From positions 1-28,289 of IMG/VR virus record IMGVR_UViG_3300022695_000058: a DNA stretch of 28,289 bases; one strand, 5' to 3'. The position numbers were made by a program, and so were the translations under genes. Origin of the DNA: a virus. Its lineage: Duplodnaviria > Caudoviricetes. Shown piece after piece: positions 1-8,933 of the stretch. How positions within the stretch are numbered: position 1 is the stretch's first letter; each line of letters begins with the position of its first letter. The notes under the pieces were generated by a model. The model had not been told where the DNA came from, did no database searches, and saw only the letters and a list, made by a program, of their open reading frames with translations.

Positions 1-27
1 TGAATAATTGAATATGGAGGAAAAATA

Positions 28-966
28 ATGAAGAAAGTACACATGGAAAAGAGTGTGTTTTATGAGCGATACAAGCCTGAATATATTCAGGATTTAGTAT
101 TACCTGAGGATATGAAGGAAACCTTATCTAATTATGTTAATAGTGAAGATGTGCCCAATCTGGGTCTTTTTTCAAATCTGCCTGGAACAGGCAAATCAGT
201 AAGTGCTCATTCTATTATTAAAGAGATTAATGGTGAAGCATTATGGATTAATGCTAGTATGGAAAAAGGTATTGATGTTCTTCGTGGTAAAATTATGAAA
301 TTTGCATCACAATCATCATTCGACGATAAAATTAAAATCGTTGTAATGGATGAATGTGATAATTTCTCTCAAGACGGACAAAAAGCATTTCGTGGATTTA
401 TTGATGAGTTTAGTGATAACTGTCGATTCATCTTTACTGGCAACTATAAAGAAAAAATTATTCAGCCATTGCTTGATAGATTAGAAATATATGATTTCAA
501 TTCTTTTAAACGAGATGAAATGATTAAACCTATTTTTGAACGATTGAAGTTCATTTTAGAGAACGAACAGATCGAATACGACCCAAAAATGTTAGTACCA
601 GTGATTAATACATATTATCCTCGAATCAGATCAATGATTGGTGCGTTGCAGAAATTTAGCAAAAATGGTAAATTTAGTGTAAGTGCATCAGAACTCGATG
701 ATGTCAATGTTTTCGATGCGGTAATGAAATATGTTAATCTTAATACTTTTACAGATATGGTCAAAGCTGTTAATGAATTAAATGCGCCTGAAAATATGTA
801 TACTTTTTTATATAAAAATGCAGGGAAATATTTCAACGAAGAACATTATCCAACTATTACTATCTGTATTGCTAACTATCAGGATATGAGCACAAGAGCA
901 ATTAATAAAAATTTGACATTAGCTGCTTGTCTTGCCGAATTATCAAAATTACCTAAAAAGAAATAA
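28..966 (+). CDS. 44: Sliding clamp loader ATPase subunit (T4 gp44-like, RFC family AAA+)
   Basis: Walker A PGTGKS, INAS, Walker B VMDECD, NCRFI (SRC-like) motif; GGAGG RBS upstream. Confidence 0.93.
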   Translation: MKKVHMEKSVFYERYKPEYIQDLVLPEDMKETLSNYVNSEDVPNLGLFSNLPGTGKSVSAHSIIKEINGEALWINASMEKGIDVLRGKIMKFASQSSFDDKIKIVVMDECDNFSQDGQKAFRGFIDEFSDNCRFIFTGNYKEKIIQPLLDRLEIYDFNSFKRDEMIKPIFERLKFILENEQIEYDPKMLVPVINTYYPRIRSMIGALQKFSKNGKFSVSASELDDVNVFDAVMKYVNLNTFTDMVKAVNELNAPENMYTFLYKNAGKYFNEEHYPTITICIANYQDMSTRAINKNLTLAACLAELSKLPKKK

Positions 967-1157
967 TGGGTCAGTCTATGAAATATCAGGAACAAATTGA
1001 TAAATCTCATCCTACTGTCGCACGCGATAATAAACATTATAAAGCACATTCTATTGCTATGGAACTCATTCACGAAAGATATCAAAAACATGAGTTAGTG
1101 GATTTAGTTACATGGTTAATTGTTGATAATGCTAAAACTGTGGAAAATGATTTATGA
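966..1157 (+). CDS. Hypothetical protein
   Basis: TAATG overlap with gp44 stop and ATGA overlap with next ORF. Confidence 0.6.
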   Translation: MGQSMKYQEQIDKSHPTVARDNKHYKAHSIAMELIHERYQKHELVDLVTWLIVDNAKTVENDL

Positions 1158-1342
1158 ACAAACACGTTAAGAAAATTATCAAATTCGTTATAGCTATCAT
1201 TATAACACCGATATATTTGCCCATATTGATATTGTCGGGTATCGCAACATTTCTATTAGAAATTTGTTCTGGTGAACCAGATTTAGATTTTTGGAAGGAA
1301 TTTTATTTTTCTCACTGTGTATCATGGTATTTATTCAAGTAA
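1154..1342 (+). CDS. Small membrane protein
   Basis: Long hydrophobic segment FVIAIIITPIYLPILILSGIATFLL; ATGA coupling. Confidence 0.6.
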   Translation: MNKHVKKIIKFVIAIIITPIYLPILILSGIATFLLEICSGEPDLDFWKEFYFSHCVSWYLFK

Positions 1343-1359
1343 GTTAACGAGGAAACATT

Positions 1360-1809
1360 ATGAAAAAAGTACAAAAAGTACAAAATAATCCAACTATCAA
1401 AGATTATATGGTTGACAGTATCATTAAAAGCACTGAATTCATTCAAAATTTTCGATATGAAATTTACATTGTTTCTAATGATAAAGTCAGAATTCCCAAA
1501 CATGTTTTGGCTAAATATCCAACCGGGTCTATTATGATGTTAGTATTAAATAGCATTCAGAAGTCTGAACCACAATATGATTATAATCTTAGAGAATTAT
1601 CATGGTTCACTCAATTCGATGGTGTTCGATGGCGTTGTGATATTCCAATCGACAATATCGTAGCAATTGTTGATAAAGCAACAGAAACATCTGCTCAATT
1701 CAGTGTAAATATAGATAATACTACACAATCTGAACAAGTTAAACAAGTTAAACAAGTTAAACAAGTTAAACCAGCTTCTAATAAATCTCATTTAAGAATC
1801 GTTAAATGA
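1360..1809 (+). CDS. sspB: SspB-like ClpXP protease adaptor
   Basis: Core VRIPKHVLAKYP..MMLVL..FDG..IPIDNIVAIVD..AQF resembles the SspB substrate-binding domain; low-complexity linker; C-terminal SHLRIVK matches the ClpX-binding XB tail (E. coli PALRVVK). Confidence 0.75.
   Translation: MKKVQKVQNNPTIKDYMVDSIIKSTEFIQNFRYEIYIVSNDKVRIPKHVLAKYPTGSIMMLVLNSIQKSEPQYDYNLRELSWFTQFDGVRWRCDIPIDNIVAIVDKATETSAQFSVNIDNTTQSEQVKQVKQVKQVKPASNKSHLRIVK
1733..1768 (+). repeat. Tandem repeat AACAAGTTA x4 (QVK repeats in the SspB-like linker)
   Basis: Read directly. Confidence 0.95.
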
Positions 1810-2186
1810 AGATTAAAATTCAGATAGCTTTATATAGTATAATGATTGGTATAAGTGTAGGAGCTGCTTTTACATTTTATACAGTTAGAGCAGATGTATT
1901 AAAGGTTCGACAAGAAAACAATGTGTTATTGGCTTCTCTTTACGAAGAGAAGCAAGATAATATGAAAATGAAATATAATTATGTTCAGTTAAGTGAAATG
2001 ACGACAGATGCGATATATGACCATTTGGTTAAGTTAGGATTCAGCAAAACCGCTGCGAATAAAACTTCTTCATATACGACATTCTTTTTATATAGCAAAA
2101 AAATTATTAGAGATTTTATCGATGATTCTGTTAGTAAACAGAATGTTAGTAAACAGAATGTTAGTAAACAGAATGTTAGTATATGA
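1806..2186 (+). CDS. Membrane-anchored hypothetical protein (N-terminal TM, then coiled-coil-like segment)
   Basis: Hydrophobic N-terminus; ATGA overlap. Confidence 0.6.
   Translation: MKIKIQIALYSIMIGISVGAAFTFYTVRADVLKVRQENNVLLASLYEEKQDNMKMKYNYVQLSEMTTDAIYDHLVKLGFSKTAANKTSSYTTFFLYSKKIIRDFIDDSVSKQNVSKQNVSKQNVSI
2129..2181 (+). repeat. Tandem repeat TGTTAGTAAACAGAA x3.5 (VSKQN)
   Basis: Read directly. Confidence 0.95.
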
Positions 2187-2229
2187 ATGCTTAATTGGAA
2201 ATATGATATATTTATTCTATGGAGAATGA

Positions 2230-3837
2230 ATGGCTAAATTATTTGAATGCACTTATAGAGATAGATTTACTTTTTTCGAACGATATTTCGATACAGTTCG
2301 AGGAAAGTCGATAAAGAAACAGATTAATATACCGTACGAATGGTATGAACCATCATCTAATGGAAAGTATAGTTATATTCTAGACGAATCGATTAAATTA
2401 GATAAGAAACAAGGCAATGCTAAACAAGGTAGAGATCAATATGGATTTTTAGATCCCATGTATCGAAACATTAGGGATACATATTGGGAATCTAAGACAG
2501 ATAATAAGTATAATGATAATCCAAGATGTTTTTATATGGATATTGAAACTCGCGTTGGTACAAATTCTACCGGGTTTCCTGTGCCTGAAAAAGCATTAGA
2601 ACCTATATCTTTAATACAGATTTACGATACTGTTGAAGATACGATGTTTGTATTGGGATTAAAAGAATGGAAGCATCAATCGGAATACAAATTTGATTAC
2701 CCGGTAAAATATATTAAATGCGAAAACGAAGTTCAATTATTAGAATTGTATTTAAAGTTATTTAAGAATTTAGATCCATTAATCATTTATGCTTGGAATG
2801 GTTCAAATTTTGATTTTCCTTATTTGTATAATAGAATAAAAAACGTTGGATTAGATACAAATTTATTATCTAATTATGGAAATACTAAATTAACAGAATC
2901 GGAATATCAAGGTAAAAAAGAATTCAAATTCAGAACAGATGGTCACTTTTATGTGGATCTGATGGAAGTTTATAAGAAATTCACATTCGATCCAGTTGCT
3001 AGTTATTCTTTAGAATATATTGCTACTAAAGAATTGAAGAAAACTAAAGTAACTCATAGTGAATATGCTGCATTTGATGATTTTTATACAGGAAAATACA
3101 TTATTCCATTAAATCCCACGGAAGACCAACTCAATTCGAAAATATATAAAGCTGCAATAAAAGGCGATTTGGACGAAGTTAAAGAATTAGCACATAGTGA
3201 ATTTGTTTATTATGGCATAGTGGATTCTTTTTTGGTAAAACAAATTGATGATAAATTAAATTTTACAAGTTTAATGATTATGATTTCTGCTAAAATGGGT
3301 GTTCAAATAGGTGATGCGTTAGGCACAGTTAAACCATGGTCACAATTTATCGCCAATAAATCCATGAAAAATATGGCTGTTCTTCCTCCTAAACAAGAAC
3401 ACGACCAACCTCATATCGTAGGTGGACATGTTAGGGAAATGGAACGTGGATTATGGCATTGGTTGATAGGCATCGATGTGAACAGTATGTATCCATTATT
3501 GGGTATGGTTGGGTTCAACATGAGTCCAGAAACATTTGTAGCTAAAGGAGATTTACCAGATGAACTTAGAGATATTATTCTTTCATATTATATGGGTCAA
3601 GACGAAGGCGAACGATTTGATATCCCGGATGATGTCAAAAATTCTTGCATATCTTCATTGAAAAAACATAACTTATCTTTAGCAATTAATGGTGCAGTAT
3701 TTGATTGTTCTAAAGAAGGAATTGTTCCAAAAATGATTAAAGATATCTATAAAACCCGTAAAGCGGCAAAGAAAAAACAATTTCAATATGAACAAAAGAA
3801 AATTTTAATTGGAGAACTATTGAATGAACTCAACTAA
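2230..3837 (+). CDS. 43A: DNA polymerase family B, N-terminal subunit (gp43A: 3'-5' exonuclease + palm motif A)
   Basis: ExoI DIET, ExoII WNGSNFDFPYL, ExoIII YGIVD, GGHV, motif A DVNSMYP, NMSPET; ends in the fingers region. Confidence 0.93.
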   Translation: MAKLFECTYRDRFTFFERYFDTVRGKSIKKQINIPYEWYEPSSNGKYSYILDESIKLDKKQGNAKQGRDQYGFLDPMYRNIRDTYWESKTDNKYNDNPRCFYMDIETRVGTNSTGFPVPEKALEPISLIQIYDTVEDTMFVLGLKEWKHQSEYKFDYPVKYIKCENEVQLLELYLKLFKNLDPLIIYAWNGSNFDFPYLYNRIKNVGLDTNLLSNYGNTKLTESEYQGKKEFKFRTDGHFYVDLMEVYKKFTFDPVASYSLEYIATKELKKTKVTHSEYAAFDDFYTGKYIIPLNPTEDQLNSKIYKAAIKGDLDEVKELAHSEFVYYGIVDSFLVKQIDDKLNFTSLMIMISAKMGVQIGDALGTVKPWSQFIANKSMKNMAVLPPKQEHDQPHIVGGHVREMERGLWHWLIGIDVNSMYPLLGMVGFNMSPETFVAKGDLPDELRDIILSYYMGQDEGERFDIPDDVKNSCISSLKKHNLSLAINGAVFDCSKEGIVPKMIKDIYKTRKAAKKKQFQYEQKKILIGELLNELN

Positions 3838-4012
3838 GAAAAAGATGTGTCCCTGTTGTTTTCAAACAACAGACAATTTTTATACAAATCCCACGACAAT
3901 GAAGATGAAAAAATTCTGTTTAGATTGTGAAAAAACAATAGAAGCTAAACAACGGAAAAAGAAAGAATATATAAACATTTTCGACATTGTATCTAAAATG
4001 GATTTAACTTGA
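3824..4012 (+). CDS. Small Cys4 zinc-finger-like protein between the polymerase halves
   Basis: CPCC...CLDC; GGAG RBS inside the gp43A 3' end; TGATG overlap with gp43B. Confidence 0.65.
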   Translation: MNSTKKKMCPCCFQTTDNFYTNPTTMKMKKFCLDCEKTIEAKQRKKKEYINIFDIVSKMDLT

Positions 4013-5139
4013 TGAATATAGCAAAGAAAGATGTATTAGATTATACAGAAGAAGAATTAAAATCATTCGATAAAGAAATGCTTAAAAAATTGTATAATGA
4101 AGCAGAAGTAAAACAATCATTATATAATACTCAACAAATGACAGAAAAGATTTTAATCAATTCTTTATATGGTGCATTGGGAAATAAATATTTCCCATTA
4201 TTTAATGAATCAATGGCTCAAGCAATTACCGGAAATGGTAGATATTTTATCCGGAAATTAGCTAATTATGTTGATGATGTTTTACAGAACATGTTAAAAG
4301 CGGATAAGCCATATATTCTTTATTCGGATACCGATTCAATCTATTTTCAAATTGAACCATTTATGACTATGTATCAATCTAAACATCCCGGAATGTCGAT
4401 TGACCATTATGTCGATTGGGCAGATAATTTCGAAAAGAAAATAATTCAACCAATTATCCAAAAATGTATTAAAGATTTCAGCATCGAATATAATGCGTAT
4501 AATGAAGATATTATCGGAGTCGAACGTGAAATCATCGCGGATCGGGCTGTGCTTGTCGAAAAGAAAAAATACTATGCTAGAGTAAGAGATTCTGAAGGAA
4601 CTCGTTATCCTGAAAATGACCCTTATCTCAAAATAATGGGATTAGAACTTATTAAAAGTACTACACCAGATTGGTCTAAAAAGTATCTTAAAGATGCTAT
4701 ACCTATCATATTAGATAAAAATGAATCAGATGTTAAAGATTGGGTTTATTCTATAAAACAAGAATTTTTAAAGGTCCCTCTTATTGATATTGCCACAGGC
4801 GGCGCATCATCGAGAATTGACTTCGATTTAAGTGAAAAAGGTGTTCCTTTTGGTGCTCGAGCAGCAATCGTTCATAACAATTATATCGAATCACATGGCT
4901 TGTCTAATTCGATTGAACCTGTTAGAGCAGGTGAAAAAGGAAAAAGATTATATTTGATTGAACCAAATAAATTTGATTCAAATATTATTGCTTTTACGAA
5001 TGAAAGGTTTTCCCAAGAAATTGACTGTGTCGATTATGATACACAATTCTTAAAAGGATTCTTGAAACCACTTGAACTCATGACTAACTGTCTTAATTAT
5101 AATCTTTCCAAAGAAACAGCAGATTTGGATGACTGGTAA
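4012..5139 (+). CDS. 43B: DNA polymerase family B, C-terminal subunit (gp43B)
   Basis: Motif B KILINSLYGALG, AITGNG, motif C YSDTDS, KKKYY, KIMGLE..KSTTP; acidic-aromatic tail DLDDW resembles a clamp-binding tail. Confidence 0.93.
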   Translation: MNIAKKDVLDYTEEELKSFDKEMLKKLYNEAEVKQSLYNTQQMTEKILINSLYGALGNKYFPLFNESMAQAITGNGRYFIRKLANYVDDVLQNMLKADKPYILYSDTDSIYFQIEPFMTMYQSKHPGMSIDHYVDWADNFEKKIIQPIIQKCIKDFSIEYNAYNEDIIGVEREIIADRAVLVEKKKYYARVRDSEGTRYPENDPYLKIMGLELIKSTTPDWSKKYLKDAIPIILDKNESDVKDWVYSIKQEFLKVPLIDIATGGASSRIDFDLSEKGVPFGARAAIVHNNYIESHGLSNSIEPVRAGEKGKRLYLIEPNKFDSNIIAFTNERFSQEIDCVDYDTQFLKGFLKPLELMTNCLNYNLSKETADLDDW

Positions 5140-5148
5140 GGAGAAAAA

Positions 5149-5394
5149 ATGACACAAAATACACAAAATACACAAAATACACAAATAGAAAAAGATGAAT
5201 TAATAGATATACTAGAAAATAGTGATGATTTATTTGTTCTCATCGATTTAATCGAATCTATATATGAAACTAATCCAGAATTAGATGCAATAGAACATTT
5301 AAAATATAATATTTGTATAGATAATGACATTAGAAATAATCTAATTGATTATTGCATTAAACATAAAACTTCTCAAGATTTAACATATGTTTAA
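5149..5394 (+). CDS. Acidic hypothetical protein with N-terminal TQN repeats
   Basis: AGGAG RBS; ACACAAAAT x3.7 at 5152-5185. Confidence 0.6.
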   Translation: MTQNTQNTQNTQIEKDELIDILENSDDLFVLIDLIESIYETNPELDAIEHLKYNICIDNDIRNNLIDYCIKHKTSQDLTYV

Positions 5395-5767
5395 AACTAT
5401 TACTTCTGTTCTCGATAAAAAGAAAAATCCATCAGATGCAGAAATAGAAAAAATACCACCATATATTTTTGCTAGATGGCTTTCTGGAAATCCATATACT
5501 ATCGGTGCAGCGAATCAATTCAATATCTATAGCAAAATCCCAATTGTTAGTCAATATAAATTGATCAAAACTGCATTCGCCGGAAAAATTAAATATATAC
5601 CTTATCCAAAAAATGCTTCTATTAAAGCACAAAAAGAACTGGAATATGTTAGTACCCATTTCAAAATAAATCTGCAAACAGCAAAAGAATATATAAGTAT
5701 CATGGATAAAACAGAACTGTATGAAATTGTTCAAATGTATAATGACTTATACTTAAAACATAAATAA
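5387..5767 (+). CDS. 62: Clamp loader small subunit (T4 gp62-like)
   Basis: Pattern PYIFARWLS..AANQFN.Y..QY..K...LE....F.....AKEY matches short gp62 homologues; size and context fit. Confidence 0.72.
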   Translation: MFKTITSVLDKKKNPSDAEIEKIPPYIFARWLSGNPYTIGAANQFNIYSKIPIVSQYKLIKTAFAGKIKYIPYPKNASIKAQKELEYVSTHFKINLQTAKEYISIMDKTELYEIVQMYNDLYLKHK

Positions 5768-5800
5768 TATACATTTGTACTAATTGCAAAAAGGAAAAAC

Positions 5801-6115
5801 ATGAACGAATTTAAACATAACATAAATGAACAAGTTATGAAGCTTTTAAATATTAACTTGTCGGAAGCAGATGAGTTTATATCACCTATACACAAGGAAT
5901 TATTTCTTAGAGAAATTAGAATGGATATTTTTAGTAATGAAGGACATTGTCTAAAACTAGCTAAATTTCTTGGTGAAAAATATGATGTTAGTATTAGACA
6001 TCGTGTCAGCAATGGATTAAGTGTTTGGTATTGGGATACTGATAATGACAGAGGTTCGATGAAATCAACATATGAAGATGCTTGTGCGGATTATCTAATT
6101 CGAATAAACGGTTGA
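5801..6115 (+). CDS. Hypothetical protein, probable paralog of 25814-26059
   Basis: Shared CL....L..[YH].[VI]SIR....NGL...Y.[DN]A[CI]A..L pattern; AGGA RBS. Confidence 0.65.
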   Translation: MNEFKHNINEQVMKLLNINLSEADEFISPIHKELFLREIRMDIFSNEGHCLKLAKFLGEKYDVSIRHRVSNGLSVWYWDTDNDRGSMKSTYEDACADYLIRING

Positions 6116-6139
6116 CAGCATTAAAACTAACGGTATAAT
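6111..6139 (+). promoter_or_regulatory. Early sigma70-type promoter GTTGACA-N16-TATAAT
   Basis: TTGACA 6112-6117, TATAAT 6134-6139; small CATGT/ACATG stem before the RBS. Confidence 0.8.
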
Positions 6140-6168
6140 TAACACATGTTTTACATGGGAGAATTAAT

Positions 6169-6357
6169 ATGCAAATTGCCGTTGAAGAAGTTGAAGAATT
6201 CATAAAAAATGAGAGAATTATGTACGCTAGAGATAAAACGAAAAAACTTTATATCGACCTTTATAATTATGACAAACGATATTCTGTGGTTTTAGGTATT
6301 GAAATCATTAGATTTAATAATTTGAATGATGCCGTTACATTTTTCAATGATAATTAA
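6169..6357 (+). CDS. Hypothetical early protein
   Basis: GGAG RBS downstream of the promoter. Confidence 0.65.
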   Translation: MQIAVEEVEEFIKNERIMYARDKTKKLYIDLYNYDKRYSVVLGIEIIRFNNLNDAVTFFNDN

Positions 6358-6358
6358 T

Positions 6359-6623
6359 ATGTCTAAATTATCGAATAATAAAATTTTGCAAAAATTGTAA
6401 ATACTGTATAATTTCTGACATTAATAGCATTGAAGAACATTTATGTATGAGAGAATCTGTAGTTGAAATAACACAAGATCTCATCACCGGCGAAAAAATT
6501 CATATTGCACCAAGATGTTCAGATGAGCGAGTTTTTGGGTTTTCATTATTGAGTAAAAGATGTCTAACTGATGGTAGATATTATGAGGAAATCATTATGA
6601 AAAAACCACTGAATAATGCTTAA
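6359..6623 (+). pseudogene. Cys-rich hypothetical protein with +1 frameshift near the start (or sequencing error)
   Basis: ATG 6359 frame stops early; removing one T at 6384-6387 gives MSKLSNNKICKNCKYC...DLITG...C...C..GRYYE...NNA*. Confidence 0.55.
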
Positions 6624-6799
6624 AAGGGAGGATTCAATTGGAAGGCGATGAAACGTATGATGGATGGGGAGATTTTAAAACTCATTCGGAAGATAACGAA
6701 TACACAAAAGAACAATTTATGGAGAAATTCTTCAATGGTATTGAATTGGAGAAATTGCAAGAACTAGCAAATAAATATTTACCAGAATATTATGTATAA
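6616..6799 (+). CDS. Unlisted ExxV-tag family protein (ends KYLPEYYV); start is TTG 6638 or frameshifted ATG 6616
   Basis: Manual translation ...YTKEQFMEKFFNGIELEKLQELANKYLPEYYV*; homologous to 18196-18408. Confidence 0.7.
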
Positions 6800-6811
6800 C
6801 ATGGAGAATTC

Positions 6812-7009
6812 ATGAATAACGATAAACTAGCCGATAATATCTTAGGAATTTTAGTAGCATCATTCATTATAACATTATTTTTAGGATATTTTATCAATAT
6901 CTATGATATTTTCTTGGAATTACATTCTGCTATAACTGGAGTGTTCATTCTTCGAGTAGTAGGAATCTTTATGTTTCCGATTGGTATTATTATGGGATTA
7001 TTTGTATGA
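6812..7009 (+). CDS. Small two-TM membrane protein
   Basis: Two hydrophobic segments, LRVVGIFMFPIGIIMG; GGAG RBS. Confidence 0.7.
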   Translation: MNNDKLADNILGILVASFIITLFLGYFINIYDIFLELHSAITGVFILRVVGIFMFPIGIIMGLFV

Positions 7010-7383
7010 TTAGCACAAAGAATAAAGAACGATTTAAACAAATATCCATCTGGACACTTGTTAATGGCTTTTTCTTATTTTGTTTATATTTGGGAACAAT
7101 TCACAATATGAAAGAATTTACTAATGTTGGAATTTTCATTGGTTGGTTCACGGGGATCTTAGGATGTTCATTATTTATTAAAAGTATTCGGGATGAAGCA
7201 GTGAAATCGAGAACCGCTCCATCATACATCAATAAAAAGGTGGATAACACACTTGATGTACTAATAACAATTATCTTTGCTGCTAATGGTTATATTATTC
7301 TTGCGTTTGTTTATTTACTTCATATTTATGCGATTAATCTTTTTAAAGATGATTTAGATAATAAATTTTCTAATCCCGAATAA
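7006..7383 (+). CDS. Multi-pass membrane protein
   Basis: Three to four hydrophobic segments; ATGA overlap. Confidence 0.65.
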   Translation: MISTKNKERFKQISIWTLVNGFFLFCLYLGTIHNMKEFTNVGIFIGWFTGILGCSLFIKSIRDEAVKSRTAPSYINKKVDNTLDVLITIIFAANGYIILAFVYLLHIYAINLFKDDLDNKFSNPE

Positions 7384-7664
7384 TGAATTCATTTAATAGA
7401 TTTAATGAGTTTAAGCAGTACATCGAAGAACGACAACGACTTAATGAGCATCTTTCTGGCATTATCGGTAATTCGATTTTTGAAATACTTAATGAAATTA
7501 TGTATACCACGAAACGCCAATTCCAAAAAGATTTTAATCTTGATGAATTTCAATTGGAAGCTGTTAGTGATTTCATAGCAGATGGTTATATTGATGTAAT
7601 CCAACATGATAAACAAATCAGAATCAATGAAATTGAATCTTTATGGGAGTTATTATATAAATAA
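7383..7664 (+). CDS. Hypothetical protein, paralog of 11306-11614
   Basis: Shared EF..YIE...GI....I..[IL]LN[ED]..Y...QF...FNL[DS]E......FI.[DE]G pattern. Confidence 0.7.
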   Translation: MNSFNRFNEFKQYIEERQRLNEHLSGIIGNSIFEILNEIMYTTKRQFQKDFNLDEFQLEAVSDFIADGYIDVIQHDKQIRINEIESLWELLYK

Positions 7665-7674
7665 TTCTAAAATA

Positions 7675-7704
7675 GATGAATATGGATGAATATGGATGAA
7701 TATG
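7675..7704 (+). repeat. Tandem repeat GATGAATATG x3 over the start of DUF285 gene 1
   Basis: Read directly. Confidence 0.9.
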
Positions 7705-8349
7705 ATTAAAGTAAGATCTAAAAAACATTTAATACGTCTTATTAGAGATATTGCAAACGATGCAGATTTAACTAATTTAGATGTTTCTAATATTAGCAAT
7801 ATGAGTTATTTATTTGCCGATTCAGCGTTTAATGGAAATATATCCAACTGGGATGTCAGAAAAGTTACGACTATGGAAGGCATGTTCAGTAATGCTACAT
7901 TTAATGGAAATATATCCAACTGGGAAACACCAAGATTAAAAAATACAGAAAGAATGTTTTTCAATTCCGAGTTTAATGGTATAATTCCCAAATTTGATGT
8001 TACTAACGTTACAGCTATGGCAGGAATGTTCCAAGTTTCAGCATTTAATCAAGATATTTCTAATTGGAATGTTCAGAAAGTAACAGATATGATTTCCATG
8101 TTTAGAAATTCAGATTTTAATCAAGATATTTCCAACTGGGAAATCGGCAATGTTAAAGATATGAGACACATGTTTAGAAATACCGCATTTAATCAAGATA
8201 TACACAAATGGTGGAAGAAACTTCGTCCAAATTGTGATATTAGATATATGTTCCTAGATCATAAACTATATCCTGACATCGAACGATTCGAGGAATTTTC
8301 TGCTATTCAAGATGAATTAGGAACACACAAACAATGGTTGGATTTATGA
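7696..8349 (+). CDS. DUF285/BspA-type repeat protein 1 (ends LGTHKQWLDL)
   Basis: ~22-aa repeats FNxDISNW[DN]VxxVxxMxxMF. Confidence 0.88.
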   Translation: MNMIKVRSKKHLIRLIRDIANDADLTNLDVSNISNMSYLFADSAFNGNISNWDVRKVTTMEGMFSNATFNGNISNWETPRLKNTERMFFNSEFNGIIPKFDVTNVTAMAGMFQVSAFNQDISNWNVQKVTDMISMFRNSDFNQDISNWEIGNVKDMRHMFRNTAFNQDIHKWWKKLRPNCDIRYMFLDHKLYPDIERFEEFSAIQDELGTHKQWLDL

Positions 8350-8933
8350 AAAAAGAAATTAAGAAGTTTAAAACCAAAACAAAATTAAGAAGTTTAATAC
8401 AAGAAGCAGGAATTAATGATGATTTGAATCATTTTGATATTTCTGCTATAACAGATTTATCTACTATTTTTTCTGGTACTAAATTTAATGGAAATATATC
8501 CGAATGGAAAACTGAACATGTTAAAGATATGTCATATATGTTCGCTCATTCTCAATTTAATGGTGATATATCGGATTGGAAAGTTCATAATGTAACGTCT
8601 ATGTGTAATACTTTTGTCGATTCTCAATTTAATCAAGATATATCGAATTGGAATATCGAATCTGTCAGTACTATGTTATCTATGTTCAGACAGTCAAAAT
8701 TCAATCGGAATATATCCAATTGGGATATATCTCATGTGGAAAACATGGCGTATATGTTCGAAGAATCGGCATTTAATCAAAATATATCGAAATGGAAAAA
8801 TATAATGTCACCCAAAATAACAAACGTAGGTATGTTTAATGAACATACTAAATATAGTTCTATTAAAACATATGATGATTATTGTATAGCTTTTGAATCA
8901 GTTGGTTCACATAGAAAATGGCTAGACTTATGA
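8346..8933 (+). CDS. DUF285/BspA-type repeat protein 2 (ends VGSHRKWLDL)
   Basis: Same repeats; ATGA-coupled start at 8346. Confidence 0.88.
   Translation: MKKEIKKFKTKTKLRSLIQEAGINDDLNHFDISAITDLSTIFSGTKFNGNISEWKTEHVKDMSYMFAHSQFNGDISDWKVHNVTSMCNTFVDSQFNQDISNWNIESVSTMLSMFRQSKFNRNISNWDISHVENMAYMFEESAFNQNISKWKNIMSPKITNVGMFNEHTKYSSIKTYDDYCIAFESVGSHRKWLDL

Noticed and set aside
1806-2186. i-spanin
   Set aside because: TM plus coiled coil fits, but there is no adjacent or nested o-spanin lipoprotein or other lysis gene
3780-4060. Intein, group I intron or ribosomal bypass at the polymerase split
   Set aside because: No intein terminal motifs, the gap is short and fully occupied by a coupled ORF, and I saw no intron core structure
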